Source of the DNA: an uncultured virus (IMG/VR IMGVR_UViG_3300017963_000205)
Taxonomy: Duplodnaviria > Heunggongvirae > Uroviricota > Caudoviricetes
IMG/VR virus record: IMGVR_UViG_3300017963_000205
Strand: one strand, 5' to 3'
DNA length: 64,000 bases
Shown here: positions 8,302 through 17,544 of the stretch, in pieces
Layout: each line of letters opens with the position of its first letter
Position numbering within the stretch: position 1 is the stretch's first letter
Position numbers and translations under genes: made by a program
The notes under the pieces: model-generated
Databases searched by the model: none
What the model was told of the DNA's origin: nothing
Seen by the model: the letters and a program-made list of their open reading frames with translations, nothing else

Positions 8302-11300
8302 ATGGCGATACTTGATGACGTGCTGTGCATCGTTAAGGAGGCAGCGCCCCCGGTCGCTCCAGCCGTGAAGCCGCCGGAGCCGCTGCCGCTGCGTCCCGTC
8401 GAACCCGTCTCCTACCGTGGGTTCGGCGACAACAAGACGATGCGTGACGGCATCTTCAACAACGTCATGGACACGCTGTCCACCGCCTACCCGCTTGAGA
8501 ACAGCCGCTACAGGCTTGAGCTTCGCAACGTCGCCCTCGACAAGAAGGACCGCTTCTCGCTGGCCGACCAGAAGAAGGCCATCATGCAGGGCAAGTCGCT
8601 GGAGCGGAAGATCACGGGCGAGTGGCACCTGTTCGACAAGGCCACCAACAAGTTGATGGACCGCAAGGCCGGCACCATCGCGCACGTGCCCTACGCCACC
8701 GATCGTGGGACATTCATCTACCGTGGCAACGAGTACACGGTGGCCAACCAGATGCGGCTTCGGCCCGGCGTTTACACGCGAGTCAAGGACAACGGAACCC
8801 TGGAAGCGCATGTTAATGTCAAGCCGGGCACGGGGCCGTCCTTTCGCGTCTACATGGAGCCGCAGACCGGGCTTTTCCGCCTGCGTGTGGGCCAATCGAC
8901 GCTGAAGCTCTACCCGATCCTGAAGGCCATGGGCGTGCAGGACAGGGACATCCGCCAATACTGGGGCAACGAACTGCTGCAGGCCAACGCGCAGGCCGAT
9001 GACCCTGGCGCCGTCGGCCGTGCCTCCACGTCGCTGGTCAACCGCCGTGACCTGCAGGAGGACGCGCAGTCCGAGCAGAAGGCCAACAGGGAGATACTGC
9101 AGCTCGACAAGGAAAAGCTGCAGCAACAGCAGTCCAAGGCGGCTGCCGACAGAACACGCCCTCCGACCGTGGCCATTGACCTCGACGGCACGATCGCCAC
9201 GATGTACAAGAAGTTCGATGCCAAGAGCATTCCGAAGCCCCGCCCGGGCGTGCAGAAGGCTCTGAAGGAGTTCCAGCGCCTTGGCTACCGGATCATCATC
9301 TTCACGGTCCGTGGCGACAAGAAGCTGATCGGGGACTACCTGCATAAGCACGATCTTCCCTACGATTACATCAACGAGAACCCGGATCAGCCTCCGTACA
9401 GTTCGGGCAAGGTCACGGCCGACGTCTACGTGGATGATCGTGGCATCAGCGCGCTTCCGTCCTGGGACAAGATACAGAAGCAGGTCATCGGCAAGATGGT
9501 GCTGAAGAAGGCTTCGTGGCAGAAGGAAGCCAAGATCGGCGCACGCGAGTCGGACCGCAAATGGCAGCGCCTCTGGTTCCGTGGCACCATTCGCGCGGAG
9601 ATCGGCAAGAAGGGTGAGCCGTGGGTCTACCTGGATGTCCACAAGGGACTGGTGGATGCGGCGCTGTCCTCTCTCAAGGGAGAGGGCGTTGAGTGTGAAC
9701 GCACCCCCAATTCTCCCCACATCACACTGGTGCGAGCGGACGAGGCCAAGAAGATTTACAAGAAGCACGGCCCCATGAAGTGGAAAGGCTTTGCCCGGGA
9801 CGGCACGCCCGCGCGTTTCGCTCTGAAGCGTCTTGTGAGCCTGTCGCCTGCGGGATGGAAGGATGTCGACCGGGTCTGGTTCATCGAGTGTGACAGCCCG
9901 GACCTGAAGAACTACCGCAAGAGCCTGGGGCTGACCCCGCTGCCGAAGGGCGAGGACAACGGGCACGAGTACCGCTTCCACATCACGTTCGCCGTGCACA
10001 AGCCCAACACGCCCATCAAGCGCGCCGAGGAGATCTTCGGCTGCAAGCGTGCGGCGGCCGGCGTTGGCGGCGGCTTCACGTTGGGCGCTCCGAACGAACA
10101 GGGCGAGGGGCTGCTGAACGTCTTCAACAAGATGGAACTGGACGAGGACACGACGGACATCACGCTGGGCGAACGTCACCGTCACGCCGGGCCTTCGGCA
10201 CTGCTTCGCACGTCGCAGAAGCTGCTCAACATCTTCAACAAGAAGGAAGAGATCGACGATCGTGATTCGCTGGCCTTCCAGACGCTGCATTCGCCAGAGG
10301 ACTTCTTCGCCGAACGCATCCGCAAGGATGCCGGGCAACTGGGACGGAAGATGCTGTGGCGTTCCACCTTGCGGGGGAACGTCCAGCATATTCCGACTGG
10401 CGCCCTCACGCCCCAGCTTTACAGCGTGCTGCTGAAAAGCGGCATGGGCATGCCGGTCGAAGAAGTCAACCCGATGGAGCTGTACGACCAGAACCTGCGC
10501 ATCCTGCGCCTTGGCGAAGGCGGCATTCCCAGCCTTGACGCGGTGCCCGATGAAGCCAGGAACGTGCAGCCCAGCCAGTTCGGGTTCATCGACCCGATCC
10601 GGGCTCCCGAGTCCTCCAAGATCGGAGTTGACTCCAGGGTTGCCGAAGGCGTGGTGCGCGGAAGCGATGGGCACTTCTACACGTCCATGCGCAACCCCAA
10701 GACGGGTCAGCCCGAGATGGTTTCGGCCGCGCAGGCCGCCGCTTCCGTGGTGGCCTTCCCCGGAGAAATGGCGAAGGACACGCCCAAGGTCAGGGCCATG
10801 GTCCGCTCCCGCCAGGTCCAGTTCGTGGACCGGGATCAGGTGGACTTCGAGCTGCCCAAGACCTCGCAGATGTTCACGGCAAGCTCGAACATGACGCCGA
10901 TGGTCAGCGGCATCAAGGGCGGGCGCCTGCTGATGGGCGCCAAGTACGTGATCCAGTCGCTGCCGCTGAAGAACCCCGAGGCGCCGCTGGTCCAGAACCT
11001 CGTGGGTGATGAGGGCGATGAGTCCTTCGATGAGCGTCTGGGCACGCGCGTGGGTGCGGTGCGCGCACGCGACCGGGGCGTGGTTACCGACGTTGGCAAG
11101 GACTACGTGCAGGTCCGCTACGCCGACGGAACCAAGGAGAACCACGAGCTTTACCAGAACTTCCCGTTCAATCGGAAGACCTTCCTGCACAACACGCCCG
11201 TGGTCCAGATCGGCGACCAGATCAAGCCCAACCAGCTTTTGGCCAAGAGTAACTACACGGATGACAAGGGCGCCGTGGCCATGGGCAACAACCTGCGGGT

Positions 11301-13758
11301 GGCCTACATGCCGTACAAGGGGCTCAACTACGAGGACGCGGTGGTGGTCTCCGAGAGCGCGGCCAAGATGATGTCCTCGGAGCACATGTACCAGCACGAG
11401 GTCGAGGGCGATCCCACGATCCTGACCGGCAGGAAGGAATACGTCTCCATCTACCCGAGCCAGTTCAACAAGGAGCAGCTGGGCACGATCGACAGCAAGG
11501 GTGTGGTCAAGCCCGGCACCGTGGTGAAGTACGGCGACCCGCTGATTCTCTCGCTCAACAAGGCCAAGCCCACGGCCGTCCACCGTGGCCACAAAACGAT
11601 GTTCTCCGACAATGCCGTCACGTGGAACCATGAGGCCGAGGGCGTCGTCACCGACATCGACAAGACCAAGGGCGGCGGCTACAACGTCACCGTCAAGGCG
11701 TACATGCCCGCGCGCGAGGGGGACAAGCTGGCCGGCCGCTACGGCGACAAGGGCGTGATCGCCAAGATCATTCCCGACGACCAGATGGTCCACGACAAGG
11801 ACGGGAATCCGTACCACATCCTGCTCAACCCGTTGGGCATCATCTCGCGCGGCAACCCCTCCCAGGTCCACGAGGCGCTGCTGGGCAAGATCGCCCGCAA
11901 GCGCGGCAAGGCATACAAGGTTCCAGGCTTCAGCGAAGAGTCGATGGTCGACTTCGTGAAGAAGGAACTGCAGGACGCCGGGATGAAGGACACCGACGAC
12001 GTCTTCGATCCCACCACGGGCCGCAAGGTCAAAAACATTCTCACGGGCGAGCGTTTCATCTACAAACTGCACCACACCGCCGAATCCAAGGGGCGGGGGC
12101 GTGACGTGGGCGCGTACACCAGCGAGGGGCTACCGGCCAAGGGCGGGGAGTTCGGCGCCAAGCGCATCTCCAACATGGAGATCAACGCGCTCCTTTCTCA
12201 CGGCGCGACCGAGGTGCTCAGGGATGCGCAGGTTATTCGTGGGCAACGCAACGATGATTTCTGGCGGGCTTTCCGTCTGGGCCTGACGCCGCCTTCGCCG
12301 AAGGTGCCGATGGTCTACGACAAGTTCCTCACGCACCTGCAGGGCGCCGGCATCAACGTCAAGAAGGACGGCGAGCGGATGCAGCTGTTCGCCATGACCG
12401 ACAAGGACGTGACCAAGCTCTCGTCGGGCGGGCTGACCAGCCCCAAGACCGTGGCGGGCGACTCGCTGGACGAGATTGGCGGCGGCCTCTTCGATCGTGG
12501 GCTGACCGGAGGGCACGGGGGAGCGCGTTGGTCCCATATCGAACTGAGCGAACCCATTCCCAATCCGGTCATGGAGGAGCCCATTCGACGGCTGCTGAAC
12601 CTCACGCAGAACCAGTACGAGCAGTGGATCGGCGGCAAGGTCCCGTACAAGGGCAAGTATGGCGGCGAGGCCATTCATAAGGCGCTGTCAGACATCAACT
12701 TGGATGATGCAATCGCCACCAACGAGCAGCTCATTCGTGAGGGCCCGCGCTCCAAGCGTGACAAGGCCGTGAAGGTTCTGGGCTACCTCAAGAACATGCA
12801 GAAGAACAAGCTCAGACCCGAGGACTGGGTGATGACGAAGGTGCCTGTCATCCCGCCGTCCTTCCGTCCCATCGGCAAGTACAGGGACGTGCCGCTGGTG
12901 GCTGACGCGAACCTGCTCTACCAGGATCTGATCAACTCCAACGACACGCTCAAGGAGATTCGGGAAGTCGTGGACGTGGACTCGTCCGCAGACGAGCGGC
13001 TGCAGGTCTACAACGCCTTCAAGGCCGTCACCGGGCTGGGCGATCCGGTTCAGGCCAAGACCAAGGAGAAGAAGGTCAAGGGGTTGCTGAAGCACGTTTT
13101 CGGCACCAGCCCGAAGCTGGGCATGTTCCAGCGCAGGGTTCTTGGCGCTCCGGTGGACATCGTGGGACGGGCCACCATCACGCCCAACCCGGATCTGAAC
13201 ATGGATCAGGTGGGTCTGCCCGAGCCCAAGGCGTGGACCATCTATCGCCCGTTCATCATGCGCAGGCTCGTGCGCGAGGGCATGCCTGCGATGGCCGCAG
13301 CCGAGGCCGTGGCCAACCAGACGCCGATTGCCAGAAAGGCGCTGGTGTCCGAGACACAGAAGCGCCCGGTGCTGATCAACCGCGCGCCCACGCTTCACCG
13401 TTACGGCTTCATGGCCGCGTGGCCCGTGCTCACGAAGGGCGAGACGTTGCAGATCTCTCCCGTGGTGACACCGGGCTTCAATGCCGACTTCGATGGCGAC
13501 GCGATGAACTACCACGTGCCTGTCACCGACGAGGCCGTGACCGATGCGGTTGAGAAGATGCTGCCGTCCAAGAACCTCAAGTCATCGTCCAATTTCAAGG
13601 TTCACTACCTGCCGAAGCAGGAGTTCCTGATGGGTCTTTACCTCGCCAGCACGGCGAAGAAGGACACGCCCCCGCGCGTGTTCGCCAGCAAGGCGGATGT
13701 GATCAAGGCGTACAAGAAGGGCGACATTTCGCTGGGCGATCGGGTGATCGTCAAGTAG
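8302..13758 (+). CDS. rpoBC: phage multisubunit RNA polymerase, beta fused to the N-terminal half of beta', with inserted HAD and 2H domains
   Basis: beta motifs: GFIDPIRAPESSKIG, RLLMGAKYVIQSLPL, VAYMPYKGLNYEDAVVVSE, GDKLAGRYGDKGV, LNPLGIISRGN, GAKRISNMEINALLSHGA. beta' motifs: HIEL, VPVIPPSFRP, GMFQRRVLGAPVDIVGRATI, PVLINRAPTLHR and catalytic NADFDGD (13480-13500). Confidence 0.95.
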   Translation: MAILDDVLCIVKEAAPPVAPAVKPPEPLPLRPVEPVSYRGFGDNKTMRDGIFNNVMDTLSTAYPLENSRYRLELRNVALDKKDRFSLADQKKAIMQGKSLERKITGEWHLFDKATNKLMDRKAGTIAHVPYATDRGTFIYRGNEYTVANQMRLRPGVYTRVKDNGTLEAHVNVKPGTGPSFRVYMEPQTGLFRLRVGQSTLKLYPILKAMGVQDRDIRQYWGNELLQANAQADDPGAVGRASTSLVNRRDLQEDAQSEQKANREILQLDKEKLQQQQSKAAADRTRPPTVAIDLDGTIATMYKKFDAKSIPKPRPGVQKALKEFQRLGYRIIIFTVRGDKKLIGDYLHKHDLPYDYINENPDQPPYSSGKVTADVYVDDRGISALPSWDKIQKQVIGKMVLKKASWQKEAKIGARESDRKWQRLWFRGTIRAEIGKKGEPWVYLDVHKGLVDAALSSLKGEGVECERTPNSPHITLVRADEAKKIYKKHGPMKWKGFARDGTPARFALKRLVSLSPAGWKDVDRVWFIECDSPDLKNYRKSLGLTPLPKGEDNGHEYRFHITFAVHKPNTPIKRAEEIFGCKRAAAGVGGGFTLGAPNEQGEGLLNVFNKMELDEDTTDITLGERHRHAGPSALLRTSQKLLNIFNKKEEIDDRDSLAFQTLHSPEDFFAERIRKDAGQLGRKMLWRSTLRGNVQHIPTGALTPQLYSVLLKSGMGMPVEEVNPMELYDQNLRILRLGEGGIPSLDAVPDEARNVQPSQFGFIDPIRAPESSKIGVDSRVAEGVVRGSDGHFYTSMRNPKTGQPEMVSAAQAAASVVAFPGEMAKDTPKVRAMVRSRQVQFVDRDQVDFELPKTSQMFTASSNMTPMVSGIKGGRLLMGAKYVIQSLPLKNPEAPLVQNLVGDEGDESFDERLGTRVGAVRARDRGVVTDVGKDYVQVRYADGTKENHELYQNFPFNRKTFLHNTPVVQIGDQIKPNQLLAKSNYTDDKGAVAMGNNLRVAYMPYKGLNYEDAVVVSESAAKMMSSEHMYQHEVEGDPTILTGRKEYVSIYPSQFNKEQLGTIDSKGVVKPGTVVKYGDPLILSLNKAKPTAVHRGHKTMFSDNAVTWNHEAEGVVTDIDKTKGGGYNVTVKAYMPAREGDKLAGRYGDKGVIAKIIPDDQMVHDKDGNPYHILLNPLGIISRGNPSQVHEALLGKIARKRGKAYKVPGFSEESMVDFVKKELQDAGMKDTDDVFDPTTGRKVKNILTGERFIYKLHHTAESKGRGRDVGAYTSEGLPAKGGEFGAKRISNMEINALLSHGATEVLRDAQVIRGQRNDDFWRAFRLGLTPPSPKVPMVYDKFLTHLQGAGINVKKDGERMQLFAMTDKDVTKLSSGGLTSPKTVAGDSLDEIGGGLFDRGLTGGHGGARWSHIELSEPIPNPVMEEPIRRLLNLTQNQYEQWIGGKVPYKGKYGGEAIHKALSDINLDDAIATNEQLIREGPRSKRDKAVKVLGYLKNMQKNKLRPEDWVMTKVPVIPPSFRPIGKYRDVPLVADANLLYQDLINSNDTLKEIREVVDVDSSADERLQVYNAFKAVTGLGDPVQAKTKEKKVKGLLKHVFGTSPKLGMFQRRVLGAPVDIVGRATITPNPDLNMDQVGLPEPKAWTIYRPFIMRRLVREGMPAMAAAEAVANQTPIARKALVSETQKRPVLINRAPTLHRYGFMAAWPVLTKGETLQISPVVTPGFNADFDGDAMNYHVPVTDEAVTDAVEKMLPSKNLKSSSNFKVHYLPKQEFLMGLYLASTAKKDTPPRVFASKADVIKAYKKGDISLGDRVIVK
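9160..9500 (+). other. HAD-superfamily phosphatase domain inserted in RNAP beta
   Basis: Motif I AIDLDGT, motif II IFTVR, motif III/IV GKVTADVYVDDRG. Confidence 0.85.
9535..10015 (+). other. 2H phosphoesterase domain inserted in RNAP beta
   Basis: Two H-x-T-hydrophobic motifs, PHITLV (9718) and FHITFA (9979), about 87 codons apart. Confidence 0.8.
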
Positions 13759-13763
13759 CCATC

Positions 13764-13791
13764 GTGACAAAAGCGCCCGGTGTACTATAAT
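13764..13791 (+). promoter_or_regulatory. sigma70-like promoter
   Basis: GTGACA-16 bp-TATAAT in the intergenic gap after the RNAP gene, followed by an AGGAG RBS. Confidence 0.7.
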
Positions 13792-13814
13792 GCTTTGAAA
13801 GATAGGAGATTGCC

Positions 13815-14534
13815 ATGCCCACGCTCAGTCCCGATCAAGCCCCCGTCAACACGCCGCAGGTGGTGTCGCCGCAGGTTCGCACCTCGCAGCTGAACACGGC
13901 GCAGCCTGCTCCCGCTTCGGCGGCCGGTGCGCCCGCTCCGGGCACAGCCATGAATCCGGGTTTGGCAGCCGGGCAGCCCGCCCCGTCGCAGGGCGCTTCG
14001 ACGCCCACGACCAGCCCACAGTCCACGGGCGCGGCAAAGACCGGCCTTGAGGGGCTGACGCCTCACAAGACCGCGCAGCTCAGCCCCGAACGGCGCAAGG
14101 AGATCATCGGCATCATCGCCAAGCACGCCGAGCACTTGCCCAAGAACTGCTCCGTGCAGCTCGTGGAAAAGCTGATCGAGAAGCATGCGGCAAAGACGCT
14201 CAGGGGCGTGACCGCCACGGTCAAGGCGGCGAAGTTCCGCAGGGCGCTTCTGAAGAAGGCGCGCGAAAAGGCGGCTGCGGGCAAAAGCTGTCCGCTGACG
14301 AAGCAGGAAAAGGTCCGGTTCGCCGCCAAGGGCAAGTCGCCTTCGGTGACTGTCACGAGCAAGAAGCCCGTGCAGGTGAAGGCCAAGATCCTCAAGAAGA
14401 GTTCAGTGATAGAGAAGCTCGCCAACCCGCGTCTGATGCGCGAAGTGGTCAAGAACTCGGAAGACAAACAGAAAGCCGCCCGACTGTTCGCGCGGCTCGC
14501 AAAGGTCGCCTGCGTCCTCAAAGCAAAGGGTTAA
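13815..14534 (+). CDS. Pro/Ala-rich then Lys-rich putative internal virion protein
   Basis: AGGAG RBS; low-complexity N-half, basic C-half with many K-x-A (KTA, KHA, KAA, KKA, KLA, KVA). Confidence 0.65.
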   Translation: MPTLSPDQAPVNTPQVVSPQVRTSQLNTAQPAPASAAGAPAPGTAMNPGLAAGQPAPSQGASTPTTSPQSTGAAKTGLEGLTPHKTAQLSPERRKEIIGIIAKHAEHLPKNCSVQLVEKLIEKHAAKTLRGVTATVKAAKFRRALLKKAREKAAAGKSCPLTKQEKVRFAAKGKSPSVTVTSKKPVQVKAKILKKSSVIEKLANPRLMREVVKNSEDKQKAARLFARLAKVACVLKAKG

Positions 14535-14537
14535 GAC

Positions 14538-15458
14538 ATGGAATTGCCCCGCGTAAATTCGGTGATGTTGAAGCTGGCCAAGCAGAACGTGGCCAGAGCC
14601 CTCTCCAAGAGGGAGGCCGCCGAACTCAAGAAGGAAGGGTTCGTGCCCATGGGCCCGCAGGGCGCGACCGCACCGCCGCCCATGGACCCCATGGCTGCGG
14701 GCGCTCCGCCGCCTGCGGCGGGCGGCATGCCCATGGACCCGGCAATGGGCGGCGCTCCACCTCCAATGGACCCGGCAATGGGCGGTGCTCCACCTCCGAT
14801 GGACCCCGCAGCCGGCGGGGCTCCTCCAATGGACCCCGCAGCCGGCGGCGCACCTCCGCCCGGACAGCCCGTCATGGTGAGTCTGGACGATCTCATGCAG
14901 CTGTTCGCCATGATCCAGGAGGGAGGCGCGCCTGGCGGCGAAGAGCCCCCGGTTGAAGAGGCGCCCGCTCCCAACGAGGAGAAAGCGCCTGAAGGCGGGC
15001 GCAACACGGCTGATGCGATCGACGAGTTGTCCGGTAAGCTCGATCAGCTCATTGAGCTTCTGGGCGGCGCTGTCGCAGGCGCTGAGGTTCCGCCCGGGGC
15101 CGGAGGCGCGATGCCCCCTGAAGCCATGCCCATGGGCGGTCCGGCCGGTATTCCGGCAGGCGAACCCCTTCCACCGCCTGAAGTTCCAGGCGGCGTGATT
15201 CCCGAAGGCGCCCCGCCCGGGCCGGTCGCTCCCATGAGTGGCATGGTCGCGCAGGCGAGCGTGGAGAGTCGTGTGAAGGAGACGCTCAAGGACGCCACAC
15301 CGGAGCCTGAGCCGACCCCCGCACCACAGCCCAAGCAGGCGGCTGCTCCGCAACCAAAACCGGAACCGGTTCCGAAATCGGAGCCGAAGAAAGCTGCTGA
15401 CAAGCAGCATGCACTCCGCATCCACAGGATGATTCAGAACCTCAACCGAGGGAAATGA
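14538..15458 (+). CDS. Pro/Gly/Met-rich low-complexity protein
   Basis: MDPA(M/A)GGAPPP repeats; K-x-A/G near both ends. Confidence 0.65.
   Translation: MELPRVNSVMLKLAKQNVARALSKREAAELKKEGFVPMGPQGATAPPPMDPMAAGAPPPAAGGMPMDPAMGGAPPPMDPAMGGAPPPMDPAAGGAPPMDPAAGGAPPPGQPVMVSLDDLMQLFAMIQEGGAPGGEEPPVEEAPAPNEEKAPEGGRNTADAIDELSGKLDQLIELLGGAVAGAEVPPGAGGAMPPEAMPMGGPAGIPAGEPLPPPEVPGGVIPEGAPPGPVAPMSGMVAQASVESRVKETLKDATPEPEPTPAPQPKQAAAPQPKPEPVPKSEPKKAADKQHALRIHRMIQNLNRGK
14733..14860 (+). repeat. 30-33 bp tandem repeat encoding MDPA(M/A)GGAPP(P)
   Basis: ATGGACCC units starting at 14733, 14766, 14799 and 14829. Confidence 0.85.
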
Positions 15459-15459
15459 C

Positions 15460-15687
15460 ATGCGCGTAAGGGCCCAACCCGCAGGGCTCGAAGCGGCCAC
15501 GGTAGTGGAGGATGTGCGATCGATCGTCGTCTATGATGACTTCGACAATCCCATCCTCGTAGTCAAGAAGCTGGAGACGGGGCAGATACTCTCGTCCGGC
15601 ATTCACGAGGGCGCCGAGTTCAAGCGGTTCTTGGATTCACTTGGCATAGGGCTCAATGCAAAATGCGAGACGCTGAGAGTTTCCTAA
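15460..15687 (+). CDS. hypothetical protein
   Basis: 75 aa ORF tightly packed between its neighbours. Confidence 0.55.
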   Translation: MRVRAQPAGLEAATVVEDVRSIVVYDDFDNPILVVKKLETGQILSSGIHEGAEFKRFLDSLGIGLNAKCETLRVS

Positions 15688-17543
15688 TCAAACAAGCGCT
15701 CCAGAAGCGGGCTTTCTGGGGCGCGTTACGTGGTGCGTGGGGCGCGTGGCGTGCCGCGCGCGGCGCGCGTGCAGCCGGTACGGCCGCCAACATGGCGCGA
15801 ACCGCAGGTACAGCGGCCAATACGGCACGAACCGCAGGTACGGCAGCGAAGGCCACTGGCGCGGCAGCGCCTGCAGCCGGCGGCGGTTTCGACACATGGC
15901 TCAACCGTCTTGGCAGTCTCGCCATGGTGGGTTCGTTCGTCCCCATGGCCGGAGAGCTGCTTGGCGGAGGCCAGCAGCAACAGCCCCGAATGCCTGGAGA
16001 GGGTGGATACCCGGGAGCGCAGGGGTATCCGGGCAGCCAAGGTTATCCGAGGGCGCAAGGATATACCCCCTTCAGCAGCCACGGAATGGAAAGCGTCACG
16101 AGGACGCCTCGGTATCGGATGGGAGCGCGACCCATGTACAGTCAACAGCCATTCATGCATTGGGGCAGCGCCGAGCGTGATGGGGAGCAGCAGCTTGCCT
16201 TCGATCACGGCGTGGACCTGTTTTGCAAGCAGGCGGGCTTCGACGAGGAAGACCAGGCAGCGATGCACGTGCTTCTCAAGACCAGCGACTACGCTTCGGA
16301 TTTGGCGCAGGCAGACGCACAAAGACGCTCCAATTGGAACTGGCTGAACCCGTGGAGCCAAGAATGGGCGCGTGCAACAGGGCGCGGGCTTAAGCAGCTT
16401 CACAGCAGCACGGGGATCGATCTCAGTGGTTTTGGCGCGCAGGAGGAGGCGTCGTACCAGACGTACCTTCGCAATCTGCCGCGCGGCAAGCAGCCGCTTT
16501 CAAAGAACGAGTTCAAGCAAATGCAGGGAGCCCCGGCAGCGGCCCCGACAGCGGCTCCGGCGGCGCCCGCTGGAGGCGTGCCCCCCAGAGCGTCACCGGC
16601 CTTTCAAAGCGGGAGTGTAAATCCGTTTACGGGCGGAACAACGCCCGGCGCGGGGCGTTGGGGCCACCAAGGACGCGCGTATTGGAACCAGCTGCAAAGC
16701 GGAAAGGTTACTCCGGGCGGCACGGCAGGGCAGCAGCAGCCCAAGAGCGTTGATGAGATGCTGGCCTCCACGCGCGCGGCCCTGGCGAAGCGCCAAGGAC
16801 AGGCGTCCAAGTTCGAGGAGATGGGGCAGGTTGGCGCGAAGGGACGGATGCAGGAAGCCATCAATCAGATCAACATGAGAGGGCTGACAGACCCACGAGA
16901 TCAGGCACGGGCCATCCGCTACGCCGCGCGGGGCAACTACGGACTTCGCTCCGCGCTGGAGAAGCATTACGGGATCGGCGGGCCGGCCGGACCGCGCGCC
17001 ACACAGACCGGTGGCACGCGCTACGATCCTTCCGGCGGCACGCGAGCGCCTCGCAGCGCTCCCAGCCCCGGCGTTCAGGGGGCCGGCATTCCGCAGGCTC
17101 CCGAGGGAGCAACGCAGGTGCCGGGCGGCTGGGCCGTTCGTTCCGACACGGCCGGAATCCCTTCGAGCGACACGGCACGCAGGGATCTTCAGCGACGCAT
17201 GGGCACCAACGCCTTCTTCCGTCTCAGGGGCGAGGCTCCAGGCGCGCAGCCGAGCACCGTCGGACTGGCCGAGCGCGCGGGCTTTACGGGCGGGCAGACG
17301 CCGCCATCTTTTCAGGGGAGCTTCGAGCAGTTCATGGCCAAACGGCAGGAACCAAACCCGGCCAACTTCCCCGAAACACCCGAACCTTCTGATCTTCCGG
17401 CCCCCGGAACGGCAGCAGCCGTCGATCGTGCCCGGTATGGCAAGGGAACGGCAAGTCTTTTCCCGGCGCTGCCAGAAAAGCCAAACCCGGCACTTGCCAG
17501 CAAACCCAAGCCCAAGGAACGCCCATTGGCCATAGGCACCTGA
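15663..17543 (+). CDS. large low-complexity putative internal/ejection protein with FLIKQA leader
   Basis: Starts MRDAESFLIKQALQKRA; AGTAANxART and GYPxxQ repeats; hydrophobic segment; AFDHGVDLFCKQAG module. Confidence 0.65.
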   Translation: MRDAESFLIKQALQKRAFWGALRGAWGAWRAARGARAAGTAANMARTAGTAANTARTAGTAAKATGAAAPAAGGGFDTWLNRLGSLAMVGSFVPMAGELLGGGQQQQPRMPGEGGYPGAQGYPGSQGYPRAQGYTPFSSHGMESVTRTPRYRMGARPMYSQQPFMHWGSAERDGEQQLAFDHGVDLFCKQAGFDEEDQAAMHVLLKTSDYASDLAQADAQRRSNWNWLNPWSQEWARATGRGLKQLHSSTGIDLSGFGAQEEASYQTYLRNLPRGKQPLSKNEFKQMQGAPAAAPTAAPAAPAGGVPPRASPAFQSGSVNPFTGGTTPGAGRWGHQGRAYWNQLQSGKVTPGGTAGQQQPKSVDEMLASTRAALAKRQGQASKFEEMGQVGAKGRMQEAINQINMRGLTDPRDQARAIRYAARGNYGLRSALEKHYGIGGPAGPRATQTGGTRYDPSGGTRAPRSAPSPGVQGAGIPQAPEGATQVPGGWAVRSDTAGIPSSDTARRDLQRRMGTNAFFRLRGEAPGAQPSTVGLAERAGFTGGQTPPSFQGSFEQFMAKRQEPNPANFPETPEPSDLPAPGTAAAVDRARYGKGTASLFPALPEKPNPALASKPKPKERPLAIGT

Positions 17544-17544
17544 T

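Noticed and set aside
9050..10110. Intein or intron explanation for the RNAP insertion
   Set aside because: No C/S-start and HN-C/S/T-end intein motifs, no LAGLIDADG, and the frame is continuous; the insert has HAD and 2H signatures instead
8131..12075. 1314-aa minus-strand ORF opposite the RNAP gene
   Set aside because: Antisense shadow produced by strong GC3 codon bias of the + strand gene; V/L/H/D-rich translation with no recognisable motifs or RBS
14733..14860. CRISPR-like array
   Set aside because: Repeats are contiguous, in-frame coding units without unique spacers, and no cas genes are present; the same applies to repeats at 396-762, 6002-6047 and 15771-15850
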